NCBI GenBank assembly: GCA_965655095.1
Contig: OZ296648.1
Location: 110,298,001 to 110,362,000, forward strand
Source: Haplodiscus bocki
Taxonomy: Eukaryota
DNA: 64,000 nt
Direction of reading: 5' to 3'
The position numbers were made by a program, and so were the translations under genes. Positions 1-13,300 of the stretch are shown one piece after another. The notes beneath the pieces are model-generated. The model did not search any database. It was not told the DNA's origin and saw nothing but the letters and a program-made list of their open reading frames with translations. Each line of letters starts with the position of its first letter. Positions within the stretch are counted from its first letter, which is position 1.

Positions 1-3000
1 GGTTTCTAAGTCAGTCAGAACTGTCGTAGGAGTGTAGCTGTGTTGAAAAAAATTTGAGACTCTACTGCATTCGCTACACCTCCGGCGTGTGCCGATGTTA
101 GCGAGGCTGCACACAGACATTTAGATAATACATCAATGCCTGAGAGAGCATATTCGTAAATCGGTGAGTGGAGAGGACCAACCATGTCAATTTGCATCAC
201 ATCTCCCGGAAAAAGTTGTTCGTTGAGATTGGCTGCAAGGGAGGGTTCAACTGCTTTTTGTTAACTCTTTTCAGTGTCGAACATGAGAGACACTTTTTGA
301 TGTATTCTGCGAGGAAGTCTGTGAACCCCGGAAAGTAGAATCTTCTACGAAACTCTTGAGCGGTTCGGACAACTCCGAGGGAACCAGCTGTCGGTGAGTT
401 GTGAACTCTATAGATTACTTATCGCAAATGTTTTGCAATGCCCACTTGATGATGCGAAAACTTTCAACATCATCAAAAAATTGACGAGTTAAAATTACTT
501 TTTGTAGTTGGAAACGCCAAAGGTTCTTATGATTTTTTTTAGTTAAAATGAAGCATATATAATAACCTCTGTGCCTCCTTTTTGAAACCAGGCCATAACC
601 TTTCGTAAGCTGGATTTTTTTTTCTGCTCTGTCTGAATGTCTGTCGCTCGTGTGTTCGAAATTGACGTTTCAAAGAAATTCAATGGGTAATTTGCTTGGA
701 TTGAATTAATTTCAGGTTCCTTTTTTCCAAGCAAAAAGTTCAATTGTCTCTTTTAGTAAAGCTATTTTCAAGAATTTCGTTTCAGTTAGTAATTAAATTT
801 TGTAAAGCATCGTTATCTTGTAATTGGGCCAAGAGGTGTTGCGGTATTTGAGGTTGTTTGGTTTTATTTAAGGCACTGTCCGATTCTACCAACAGCATGT
901 ACTCATCGGGTGTTTTGACTTTCATATTTATATCAATTTCTTTCATTGGAATTGCGTCGAGCAATTGTAGTTCCAAGCTGACTTGGATCAGTTGGCATTC
1001 TCGAAAGAAAAAAAGACTATGTTAAAGGAGATCACTCTATCCATAAAACACTTAGTGATGGGTGAAGTAATTTTGACTGAAAAAAACTCGTGAGACTTTT
1101 GTCATCGGTTAAAACAATGACCGGTCTTTTGCACCCGAAATGAAATGAGAAAAATTTTCTAAAGCAAAATAAAGTGTTAAAACATCTTTAAAACAACGTA
1201 GACATTTTTCAACGGTTCAAATTGTGAGAACCAAATGACAGTGGTGCGTAAGATTATTTGTTTGTTGTCCAGGTTTGGCTAGTCTGAGGGTGGTTGTGAT
1301 GATTCGTAAAAGATCTTTCTTTATGGTTTCAAAAGTTCAAGAACGATCATCACTCAAGGAAAATTCAGCATCTTTCCGAAGTAATTTATACCAAGGCATC
1401 AAACTTTGAGCTAGGTTAGGCATAAATGTGCAAAAAAACAAGACAAAACCAACCAATCCTTTTACTTGTCTAGCTGTTGCCGTTAATTTCATTGTCTTAA
1501 AAGATTTCTATACTTTCGCAGGTTCCGGTATAAAAGCTTTGGGTGTGATTGTGTTACCAAGAAAGTCTATCGAGGTCATGCCAAATTCACACTTGTGAGG
1601 GGTCAATCCAATTCCTGATTCAAATATTTGTCTAAGTGTGTGGACCAGTTGTTCAAATGTCTCCACTCCACATCCGATAACGTCCATGAATTGTGTAGGA
1701 TGTTAGCCGCGAGGCAAGAATCAAGGTAATACCTGACAAAAGAGCTAAATCACTGATTTGTTGAAGCCTCGAGTTTATCTTGTGTAAGCGTTTGTTTTCG
1801 AGGCAAAGTTGAAAAATAGGAGGTGGACTGATAAGGGGTCAGCCATTTTTACACAATGATACGATTGTGAACAATCTAAATTGGTAAACTAAGTCTTTCC
1901 TGCAAAATGATTAACGGCGTCTGTAATGTTTGAAATTGGGAAATTGTCATCGCTGTAATCACTTCGAAGGAAGTGATTAACACGCCTCAACTCAATCAAT
2001 ATTGTCAGCTTTCCTGACATTTTGATTTGTGCAAATATTGGACAACTATATTTAGAGTTCGGTAAAAGAGTGATAATGCATATTGCATTAGAGCTAATTC
2101 AATTAAGATTTCATCTCGCAAGTGAATTGGGGTGGGTGGACTTTACATAAAGTGGTAAATCATGCGCTGGTGTCAACTTTACTTTCAACTCAGTTTTTTA
2201 TCTAACGTCAAATCTATGTTTCGCAAAAATGTCGTAATATTCAATTAAACGTTTCTGCATTTGAGAAAATTGATTCTGGTTCAAGATTGAATGCGACCAA
2301 CCAAATTGTGCTGAAAATGTTATCTTGTGTTCGTTCTTTTGCGGATCTAAAAGATCACGTTTCTGAAATTCAGGTATGTTATTGAAAAAATTCCTCGGTA
2401 ATGTGGGCAGGTTATCAGGACTTTGACAGTTTTCTGGTGTGGGAAACTAAATCTTAACATATTCAGGAGGAAGATGTTTAGGTTGTCTGCCCCTGTTTCT
2501 CCCACTCGCTTAGGTTGATTAATTTCTCGAAAATTTCCCCATCTTTCTTTTTCTCAAGAGCCACAATTTCTGGTCGGATTTCAATCAATTCCTCTTCTTC
2601 TTGCGGAGAGAAAACGGAAAACTGCTACTTGTTTGCTTTTTGTAAAATTTATAGCGTGATCATTCAGATAGATTGCTGAAATTGAAGCATTGTTTTCGTT
2701 TCCTACTGTGGCAACAGATGAGGAAAGTCTCAAATTGGTACTATTTTCGAGATGCTCATCTTGGACTATTATTCCAGTATGTCCTTCAAGGATTTTCCTA
2801 AAATCTACTTTCGTCTGTAAAATTTCTTCACGCTGAGGTTTAATTGAGAATTTTTGGCTCATCACAACTGGTTAACGTCGTTTAGGAATGGTTTTGCGTC
2901 CTTCATTAAGAGTTCTTAGTTCATTCAACTCGTAAGTCATTTCTGGCAGTTTGGGTGTGTTTTCGCCCTTGATAATTTCAATACTGTATTTGCAAAAGAA

Positions 3001-3290
3001 TGGGTGACCTAAGACAACGCTGTTCATTGAAGGAAGTCTTAGGAAGGTATCTTCCAGTTTATGCTCAATAATTTTGAATAGCACGTCAATTTGCCCAAGG
3101 ACTTTCACATTGCGCCCTGATGCTACCCTGACATATAAAAATGACGCTTGTTTCAATTCCGAGAGGGAATTTGGCAATGCTTCTCTGAGTTTTTCATAAA
3201 AAATGGCCAGCTTGGCGTTAGCACATGCTCCCGTGTCAATTCTTGCTATTCTCTTTAACATCACTGTCAAATTTCAAAGGTGATTACATC
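1..3290 (-). pseudogene. pol: Gypsy pol pseudogene (aspartic protease, RT, RNase H, integrase)
   Basis: DTGA protease motif, RT and RH remnants, integrase HHCC and core fragments in PR-RT-RH-INT order. Confidence 0.85.
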
Positions 3291-3479
3291 AAACTTTCTC
3301 CTTCAAGGGGAATGACCGCGTTAATCTCGACATCTGTAGGAAGTGGAACTTTGTTTATATTAAAGTTTCGGTTTCTTTCAGGCTGATTGTGAATTAGTTG
3401 GTTTAATTCCGTTGATAAAACAATTACATGATGATTCTCAGTGTAGTTCATTGAATTTAAATTGTTAAAGGCTTCTGGA

Positions 3480-4705
3480 CTGTTGCGTTATTAGTTTTCT
3501 CACTGCTAGTTGAACGGGATTTGTCCACCTCATGAACTGCTTCTGCCTCTCACTTCACGATTCCCCGATGTGTGATTAGCTTAACCACATGAATAGCAAA
3601 CTTTTCGCGAAAAAGCTGTTCTTTCAGTGTGTCCTTCCGCGTTTTCTGTGTTCAAGGTCGTTTCAGCATCTGGATTATAAATTCGTTGAAAATTATTATT
3701 TCTGCTGTCATTGTTTGAATGATTTCCATGATAGTTCCCTCTCTATTTGTTTCTTCTATAATTATTTCCTCTATAGTTTCCTCTGGAATTGTTCCCGTGT
3801 CTTCCTTGATTTTGATTTTGGTTCCGGTAATTATTCGATCCTTAAATATTTTATTATCCTCTATTTCCACTACTTCGATTAAAGCGTCCTCTTCAAATTC
3901 CTTTCCATTTTTGCTGTTCTCGAAATTTTGGCTGCTGGTTTGGCTCGATGTGTCTTGTGGCTGACTGAATTTTTTAGTCAATGAGTTACTTCTAATTTCA
4001 AGAAAATTTTGAGTTCTTGCCATAGAATTTTTCGGAGTTGTCTGTTCTCATTCCATTAAATCCGTCTCTAAATCAGTCATCTACTGGGCATAACTCTCTC
4101 AAAACTAGCTTTCCTCTGGCTTTTGTGCACAATTTTTGGATTGTGCCTGTTTCCGGTTCCTCTAAAGTTCAAGTCGTATAAAATTCGGCATTGGTTTTCA
4201 AACAATCTAATTGTGTATCTCTCGTTCCATTTGAGCAAATTATCTCCTTGTATCATTCTCTCTCGTTTCCCGATCAAATCTGTCTTGGTCACTTTTTACA
4301 GTACCATCAACAGGTGCTGCTGGCTGATCTACTGGTGTTGGATAGGCTTTCATTGCTGAATTCTGAAGTTTTACCGAAAAATCTTCGGGAGACTCAGTTT
4401 TGTGGTTAAATTTCATGTTTTCCAAAGTGGTATAATGAATTTCTCTTCATTTCGGGTTGCAATACCGGTTTTTCAAGGGTGCAATTTTAGACTCTAAGTC
4501 TGCTCTTGTTTTTGCATCTAATGTGTGGAAAAAAAAGTAATGCTGAATCTTTCAAACGAAGTTCTAAGAATCCTACTCTTTGATTTGCTTGGATTCCTGT
4601 AACATTAACTTTACTTCGAAACGGGGACTCAAAGTCGGTCCAGTTGTCCGTTGAACTTCCTCCGTACTTTGGAAGACAAACCGTTGACTGTACGAGAGCT
4701 GCCAT
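3480..4705 (-). pseudogene. gag: Gypsy gag pseudogene
   Basis: Fragments 4487-4705 and 4240-4425 (ESPEDFSVKLQNSAMKAYP), an Asn/Arg-rich tract and a zinc-knuckle relic; broken frame. Confidence 0.72.
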
Positions 4706-5336
4706 TTCTTTTTCAAAAAAAATGTCTATGGATCTGGTTCGCGAGAAATGTCAAAGTGATGAAAACTTAATGAAATGAATCAGTTTGAGAAAGTAATGAG
4801 TGAAAAGAAAGGAAAAAACACTACTACTGCCTTGTTATCAATTCAAGTCATCAAGCGTTCCCTATGAAAACTGTGGTTTCAGGATGAATGATGAAAACAA
4901 TCTTTTCGAGAACAATCGGAGCGCAACTATCCATTGGCTGCTTCTAAGTTAAGCTTCCCAGGTTGGGACTAAGAATAGGACTAACAGAAAAGTAGGACTA
5001 TGTGTTTCTTCATTCTAGGATTGGTGTAGTTCCAGATAGGTGTCTGTCCTTGGCTCGAATAGGGTTAGGTGTCTTCTTCTTTTGATAGGTAGGCCTTTCG
5101 TCTCTAGGATTTAAATTGTTGTATGAAAAGATTCTACCGCCCTTCTTATACCGTTAAGACCAACCAGTGCATCCAGACGTGTTGTGCAGCTGCAGGTATT
5201 CACTGTGTAGCTTGTCGTCGCACCCGAACGGTCGCCATCTAATGTATGTACTCTTACTTCTAGTTTTGCTTCGTTTATGCCAAGGGGGGTTTCAGTATCT
5301 TCAGAAAATTCAGGTGGAATATGTCTCAGATGGCTG

Positions 5337-5341
5337 CGAGG
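5337..5341 (+). repeat. Left target-site duplication CGAGG of the Copia element
   Basis: Identical to 47805-47809 and directly abuts the TG start of the LTR. Confidence 0.92.
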
Positions 5342-5424
5342 TGTGTAAATTGTTAAAGAGTCACTATTTCAGTTATTATGTCGTGGGGCTTAAATTCAAT
5401 GTTATAGCTCTGGCATTTTTCACA
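5342..5424 (+). repeat. Copia 5' LTR (83 bp)
   Basis: TGTGTAAATTG...CATTTTTCACA with short terminal inverted repeats; 8 substitutions and no indels versus 47722-47804. Confidence 0.93.
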
Positions 5425-5435
5425 TGGTATCAGGA
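5425..5435 (+). promoter_or_regulatory. Primer-binding site TGGTATCAGGA
   Basis: Begins with TGG immediately after the LTR-terminal CA; resembles a tRNA-iMet or tRNA-Leu PBS. Confidence 0.8.
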
Positions 5436-5440
5436 ACACA

Positions 5441-7368
5441 ATGGTCTCGTACAAAGCCCCACCCGCATGGACTGAGGACATGACCTTCGAATCGTGGAAT
5501 GCAGAGACTGAATTATGGGTCGCAGTGACGGATTTGAAAAAGGAGCAACACGCACCAGCCGTGACGTTGACATTGGCTATCAGAAGCGAGAAGTCGCGAA
5601 AGAGCTAAGTTTACAGGAGTTGCATGCAGAAGATGGTTTGGCCAAACGTCCGACAAAGCTCAAAGACACATTTGATAAGGAGGCCGTCGACGTGTCTTTC
5701 CAGGACTACGTAAAATTTGAGTCAATTCGACGTTCAGATGATGTTGACATGAGCACATACAATCTAGAGCTCGACAGGGCGCATGCCAGACTTGGGAAAC
5801 ACAGCATGACAGTTCCCGACAGTGTGTTGGCATGCAAGTTATTGTATTCCTCAATTATTGATGCCAAAGAGCGAACGATGGTACTTGCAACCACGCAGAA
5901 ACTCGAGTACAAAATAATGAAGTCCTCGCTGAAACGAATTTCCAAAGATACTGTAAGCGCTCCTTCGTGTTCGACAGGACCTCTGAAGGAAGAGCCTGTT
6001 TTTGTTGCTTCTGATGAAAGCGCAAAATCAGAAGAGACGGCTTTTTGTGTAAATAAATGGCGGAATAAAATGTGGCGGTATCGACTGGTTAACTCCACGA
6101 ATGCAGGAAGAAACCCAGTAGGTGCAAGGGAAAGGTGACTAAATGTGCGACTTGCGGTTCTCTCAACCACTATGCCAAGAAATACCCGGAAAATCCAGAA
6201 AAATACGGCCAGGAGCCCAATAATGAGAAGAGAAAGAATTCCGAAAAAGATGAAGAAGTTTATCTTACCTTTGCCTCATTGCCCGGTGATTTATCGAAAT
6301 GTCTTTGCAAGGCCTTTTTGGACACTGGGTGCACAAGCGTTGCAAAAGAGGAATGGTCCCTGGACTATCTCAGTAAGCTAACGGCATTAGAAAGAAAAAG
6401 CACGACGAACAATGCATCTAGAGTAAAAATAATGTTTGAGGGATGAACAGAAGTTAGTGCGTAGACAAACCTGCGTCTATTGGCAGTTTCAGTTTTCGGA
6501 TAAGAACTCAAATAATTGACGGACATCTGCCGTTCCACATTTCGATTCGGAAAATGAAGAACATGGGTGCGAATTTAAAGCTTTCAGATGGTATTTTGAC
6601 AATCGACTCGGCAGGTGTGTCAGTTGATGTTGAGACTTTGGAATCAGCACATATCGCTGGTTCTATTGTGACACAGAAAAAACATGAAATTGCACTGCTG
6701 ACATTAGAGAATAATCGCCAGATTTTGGAGAGCCTGCACAAACAATTTGGCCACTTCTCGGGAGCAAAACTTAAAGATCCACTGAAATCGGCAGGAAAAC
6801 AGCCACAAGAAGTGTTGGAGTCTGTCGATCGTGTTTGCGAGGAATGTAGCAAATGTCAGAAGTCTGGACGCAATTAAGAAAAACAGTGTGTTTCACTTCC
6901 ATTGTCGCGCCAATTGAATGATGTGGTCGCCATCGACTTATATGAACTAACAGAGCTGGGCGGAGGTGTCTTTTACCTACACGTCATTGAACTTTCTACA
7001 AGTTTCAGTCAGGCGTGCTTGATTTTAGACAAAACTGCAGGAACTATTGTTAACGGTTTCAACAGGGCGTGGATGTTCGCTTTTGGAGCGCCGAATGAAG
7101 TTTTGAGCGACAACGGAAGAGAAATCGATAATGTGGTTTTCAAGGAAAATGGGGAGCAATTCAATTTTTCTGTCAACACAACCGCGGCTCACAGCCCCTG
7201 ATCCAACGGATGTTGTGAACGTCAAAACGTGTTAATCACTGAAACGTTTCTGAAAGTACGTGCTTCGAAGCTTTCCGCCGATTCAGCGCTATGCTTGCAG
7301 TACGGTGTTTTGGCTAAAAAAATGCTTGTCAATGTATCTGGATTCTCACTTTACCAGTTAGTGTATGG
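5441..7368 (+). pseudogene. Single-copy part of the Copia polyprotein: gag, zinc knuckle, protease, integrase N-terminus and core (frameshifted)
   Basis: ATG at 5441 (MVSYKAPPAWTEDMTFESW); KCATCGSLNH knuckle; AFLDTGCTS protease; LHKQFGH...CEECSKC; VAIDL...SDNGRE; SP*SNGCCERQN. Confidence 0.9.
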
Positions 7369-10300
7369 CAAGCTTCCAATTTATCCCAGTGCCCTGAATA
7401 GTGGGCTACCCGCACTTAATACCGATGTTTCATCCGACGTTAACAGAAAGCACCTTGTGGCGCTCAATTCGGCGAGGCCGGCATTTGTTCAAGTGGAATC
7501 ATCTGAAAGGATAAAATGAGCACTGAGATGCAGGTCGAGGCCAGGTAATTCAGTTGTCTCTACTGGAGACAGCGTTTTCTTCTATAGGTCAAAAAAGTGG
7601 CATGGGCCTGGAAATGTCACTGACAAAAATAGAGAAATTATATTTGTTAGACACAGTGGAAGTCTATACAAAGTGCACGATACTGAAGTCAGATTGGTCA
7701 GATATCTGTCCATGTCTACACCGCCACGTGATCGAGTTATTCCCATTCCGACGAATGAAACTCAAAACGGAACTGTATATAACGATGAGTTACCAAGAGA
7801 GTGCGGTGACTCGGAGGCTGAACGGGAAGAACGCGAGCCGAATGATGAATCCGTCCCTACAACAATTAGCAAAGACGACAATAGAGGAAATGAACAAGAA
7901 TCGGGGTTGCAGTCGCAGCTGGTTGTTATTATTTCCCACAAGAAAGTTCTGGTCTCAGGTTATTTGTCTATCCCGAGGAGGAATGAACATATCCGTATAT
8001 TCTCCAACACTTGACAAGAACCCGTGACTGAAATTGTCGTCAGCCAAGCCGGTGGTAATCATAAAAAACGGCTAAATATCGACTGTACCAGCCCTGACAC
8101 ATTAATTGGACAACGGGGTCCAATTGATTTCAAAAACGATGTTTCTCACTGGGAAACCGTCAAAAACACAGAATCCGATTTGTTACGGGTGTGCCAGATG
8201 TTACAGGAGACGAATACGCGGGTGCCCAACGACAGGAACCTCTGTCTTGGCAACAAACCAAGTTTTTCACGCTGTTGATAACGTAGGTCAAACTGCAATT
8301 GACACCAGGTGGGTTCTAACTATCAAATCAGACGGATCTGGTAAGGGCACTGGTTGCTAAAGGCTTCCAGGATCCCGATCTTGATAAACTGGTAAAAACT
8401 TCGCCAACTTGCTCACGGGATGCATTTCGTGTGGTTTCGGCTATTTCAAGTTCCCAAAATTGGATCCATCAGACCTTCGATAAAACCACAGCATTCCTCC
8501 AAGGTAAAGCGATCTGTTTACTTTGTCCCGCCTTCTAAAAGCAAAGTGGCTTCCAAAAACGTCTCATGGAAATTGGACAAAAGCGTATATGGATCAAACG
8601 ATGCGTCCAGGATGTGGTTTGAGAAGGTGTGTGATAAGTGGAAGTTACTTGGCGCCATTCAGTCTGATTTCTATCCATGTATTTTCATATGGAAGAATGG
8701 AAACGGTTTACAAGTATGTTAGCCACGCATGTTGAAAGTTTTTGGATTTCTGGAGAAATTTTGGGTGTACGCTCGTTAATCTGCTGATTGCGAAAGGAAA
8801 GTATCATTGGTATGGTTCAAGATCTTCTAGGCAGATCGTTTGAGAATGGAATTGAGAGCCGCAGGTGCGAATTTTCAAATGAACTTTAGTCAGTATATTC
8901 AGACGATCTCAAATTTACAAATTCAACCTGGTTTGAAAGCTAATGTTGATTTGGATGAAACTTGCAATCAGCGTTGAGAGAGCTCGTTGGAAAACTACTA
9001 TAGCCCGCTATGAATGGTGGACCAGATCTCTCTTCTGATACCAGTAACCTCGCGGCCTGTTTCAGCAGCAAACGTACGCGACCTGAGTCGCGCAAAAAAA
9101 CTCAATCGTAGATTGCAGTCTGAGAAGTATATCCCACTTAGTTTTCCAAATTTGGGTCTTTCAAAGGATTGGAATATACTGGTATTCACTGATGCATCTT
9201 TCTCCATTGTTCGTGATACTAGAACACAAGGGGTATTTTTGATATTTCTCGTCAATGAGAAAACGCTTCAGGCATGCCTTCTTTCATGGCGTAGATCTAG
9301 ACTACGCAGAGTTGCCAGATCTAGACTTTCTGCTGAGGTAATTGCTTGTATTGAAAGAGCAGATACGGCGGTTTTCATCAAGAGACTTCTGTATGGTATT
9401 TTGAACATAAATATCCCTATCTTCGTGAAATTCGACAACCATTCTCTCATGGATGCAGTGTATTCGACTAAGCAAGTAGCCGATAAAAGGCTCGGAGTCG
9501 ATATTTGCTACTTGAGATCTTTAATCAACGACAAACTGGTTGCACAATACAAACAATCTTCTAAACCATCCCAGTGCCCTGAAAAGTGGGCTACCCGCAC
9601 TGAACACCGAGGTTTCATCCGATGTTATCAGAAAAAATCTTGTGGCGCTCAATTCGCCGGGGCAGTCATTCATTCAAGTGGAATCATCTAAAAGGATTAA
9701 AAGAGCACTGAGATGCAAAACGAGGCCAGGTAATTCAAATGTCTCTACTGGAGACAGCGTTTTCTTCTATAGGTCAAAAAAGTGGCATGGGCCTGGCAAA
9801 TTCATTGGAAAAGATGGAAAAATTATTTTTGTTAGACACAGCGGAAGTCTATACAAAGTGCACGATACTGAAGTCAGACTGCTCAGATATCCGTCCATGT
9901 CTACACCGCCACATGATCGAGTTATCCCGATTCCGACGAATGAAACTCAAATAGGAAGTGTATATAACGCTGAGTTACCAAGAGAGTGCGCTGACTCGGA
10001 GGATGAACGGGAAGAACGCGAGCCGAATGATGAATCCGTCCCTACAACAATTAGCAAAGACGACAATCGAGGAAAAGACCAAGAAACGGGGTTGCAGTCG
10101 CAGCTGGTTGCTCGTATTTCCGAAAAGAAAACTTCCGGTCCCAGGTTATTTGTCTATCCCGAGGAGGAATGAACATATCCGTATATTCTCCAACACTTGA
10201 GAAGAACCCGTGACAGAAATTGTTGTCAGCCAAGCCGGTGGTAATCATTAAAACCGGCTAAATATCGACTGTACCAGCCCTGACACATTAATTGGACAAC

Positions 10301-13300
10301 GGGGTCCAATTGATTTCAAAAACGATGTTTCGCACTGGGAAACTGTCAAAAACACAGAATCCGATTTGTTACGGGTGTGCCAGATGTTACAGGAGACGAA
10401 TACGCGGAAGCCCAACGACCCGAACTTCTTTCCTGGCAGACAATTCAAGTTTTTCACGCTGTTGTTAACGTAGGTCAAACTGCAATTGACACCAGATGGG
10501 TTCTAACTACCAAATCAGACGGATCTGGTAAGGGCACTGGTTGCTAAAGGCTTCCAGGATCCCGATCTTGATAAACTGGTAAAAACTTCGCCAACTTGCT
10601 CACGGGATGCATTTCGTGTGGTTTCGGCTATTTCAAGTTCCCAAAATTGGATCCATCAGACCTTCGATAAAACCACAGCATTCCTCCAAGGTAAAGCGAC
10701 CTGTTTACTTTGTCCCGCCTTCTAAAAGCAAAGTGGCTTCAAAAAACGTCTCATGGAAATTGGACAAAAGCGTATATGGATCAAACGATGCGTCCAGGAT
10801 GTGGTTTGAGAAGGTGTGTGATAAGTGGAAGTTACTTGGCGCCATTCAGTCTGATTTCTATCCATGTATTTTCATATGGAAGAACGAAAACGTTTTACAA
10901 GTATGTTAGCCACGCATGTTGATAAACTTTGGATTTCTGGAGAAATTTTGGGTGTACGCTCGTTAATCTGCTGATTGCGAAAGGAAAGTATCATTGGTAT
11001 GGTTCAAGATCTTCTAGGCAGATCGTTTGAGAATGGAATTGAGAGCCGCAGGTGCGAATTTTCAAATGAACTTTAGTCAGTATATTCAGACGATCTCAAA
11101 TTTACAAATTCAACCTGATTTGAAAGCTAATGTTGATTTGGATGAAACTTGCAATCAGCGTTGAGAGAGCTCGTTGGAAAACTACTATAGCCCGCTATGA
11201 ATGGTGGACCAGATCTCTCTTCTGATACCAGTAACCTCGCGGCCTGTTTCAGCAGCAAACGTACGCGACCTGAGTCGCGCAAAAAAACTCAATCGTAGAT
11301 TGCAGTTTGAGAAGTATATCCCACTTAGTTTTCCAAATTTGGGTCTTTCAAAGGATTGGAATATACTGGTATTCACTGATGCATCTTTCTCCATTGTTCG
11401 TGATACTAGAACACAAGGGGTATTTTTGATATTTCTCGTCAATGAGAAAACGCTTCAGGCATGCCTTCTTTCATGGCGTAGATCTACACTACGCAGAGTT
11501 GCCAGATCTAGACTTTCTGCTGAGGTAATTGCTTGTATTGAAAGAGCAGATACGGCGGTTTTCATCAAGAGACTTCTGTATGGTATTCTGAACAGTGATA
11601 TCCCTATCTTCGTGAAATTCGACAACCATTCTCTCATAGATGCAGTGTATTCGACTAAGCAAGTAGCCGATAAAAGGCTCGGAGTCGATATTTGCTACTT
11701 GAGATCCTTAATCAACGACAAACTGGTTGCACAATACAAACAATCTTCTAAACCATCCCAGTGCCCTGAAAAGTGGGCTACCCGCACTGAACACCGAGGT
11801 TTCATCCGATGTTATCAGAAAAAACCTTGTGGCGCTCAATTCGCCGGGGCAGTCATTCATTCAAGTGGAATCATCTAAAAGGATTAAAAGAGCACTGAGA
11901 TGCAAAACGAGGCCAGGTAATTCAAATGTCTCTACTGGAGACAGCGTTTTCTTCTATAGGTCAAAAAAGTGGCATGGGCCTGGCAAATTCATTGGGAAAG
12001 ATGGAAAAATTATTTTTGTTAGACACAGCGGAAGTCTATACAAAGTGCACGATACTGAAGTCAGACTCCTCAGATATCCGTCCATGTCTACACCGCCACA
12101 TGATCGAGCTATCCCGATTCCGACGAATGAAACTCAAATAGGAAGTGTATATAACGCTGAGTTACCAAGAGAGTGCGCTGACTCGGAGGATGAACGGGAA
12201 GAACGCGAGCCGAATGATGAATCCGTCCCTACAACAATTAGCAAAGACGACAATCGAGGAAAAGACCAAGAAACGGGGTTGCAGTCGCAGCTGGTTGTTC
12301 GTATTTCCGACAAGAAAACTTCCGGTCCCAGGTTATTTGTCTATCCCGAGGAGGAATGAACATATCCGTATATTCTCCAACACTTGAGAAGAACCCGTGA
12401 CAGAAATTGTTGTCAGCCAAGCCGGTGGTAATCATTTAAACCGGCTAAATATCGACTGTACCAGCCCTGACACATTAATTGGACAACGGGGTCCAATTGA
12501 TTTCAAAAACGATGTTTCGCACTGGGAAACTGTCAAAAACACAGAATCCGATTTGTTACAGGTGTGCCAGATGTTACAGGAGACGAATACGCGGGAGCCC
12601 AACGACCGGAACTTCTTTCCTGGCAGACAATTCAAGTTTTTCACGCTGTTGTTAACGTAGGTCAAACTGCAATTGACACCAGGTGGGTTCTAACTACCAA
12701 ATCAGACGGATCTGGTAAGGGCACTGGTTGCTAAAGGCTTCCAGGATCCCGATCTTGATAAACTGGTAAAAACTTCGCCAACTTGCTCACGGGATGCATT
12801 TCGTGTGGTTTCGGCTATTTCGAGTTCCCAAAATTGGATCCATCAGACCTTCGATAAAACCACAGCATTCCTCCAAGGTAAAGCGACCTGTTTACTTTGT
12901 CCCGCCTTCTAAAAGCAAAGTGGCTTCAAAAAACGTCTCATGGAAATTGGACAAAAGCGTATATGGATCAAACGATGCGTCCAGGATGTGGTTTGAGAAG
13001 GTGTGTGATAAGTGGAAGTTACTTGGCGCCATTCAGTCTGATTTCTATCCATGTATTTTCATATGGAAGAACGAAAACGTTTTACAAGTATGATAGCCAC
13101 GCATGTTGATAATTTTTGGATTTCTGGAGAAAATTCGGGTGTACGCTCGTTAATCTGCTCATTGCGAAAGGAAAGTATCATTGGTATGGTTCAAGATCTT
13201 CTAGGCAGATCGTTTGAGAATGGAATTGAGAGCCGCAGGTGCGAATTTTCAAATGAACTTTAGTCAGTATATTCAGACGATCTCAAATTTACAAAATTCA

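Larger units (their letters stand above)
1..5336 (-). mobile_element. Decayed Ty3/Gypsy LTR retrotransposon, body (gag-PR-RT-RH-INT plus part of the 5' leader); runs off the left window edge and is interrupted at 5337 by the Copia insertion
   Basis: Minus-strand domain remnants occur in Gypsy order: gag start MAALVQSTVCLPKYGGS (4705), CCHC relic CYSCG*ANH (~3570-3600), protease IARIDTGACAN (2872-3270), RT (decayed YxDD as QFMDVIG ~1670-1695), RNase H (~1000-1350), integrase zinc finger (HNSPTAG...RRRFYFPG...KKCLSC, ~280-405) and core QIDMVGPL (15-200). Many stops and frameshifts. Confidence 0.88.

Noticed and set aside
3589-4023. Overlapping low-complexity ORFs (Ile/Glu-rich and Ser/Ile-rich) as novel genes
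   Set aside because: They are alternative-frame and antisense readings of the Asn/Arg-rich Gypsy gag tract.
7195-9005. Stops at conserved Trp positions (SP*SNG, NS*EE, LL*P) suggesting a variant genetic code or APOBEC-type hypermutation
   Set aside because: Both TGA and TAG occur, most other TGG codons are intact, frameshifts accompany them, and TMEM222 ends in a normal TGA. Ordinary transitions explain the pattern.
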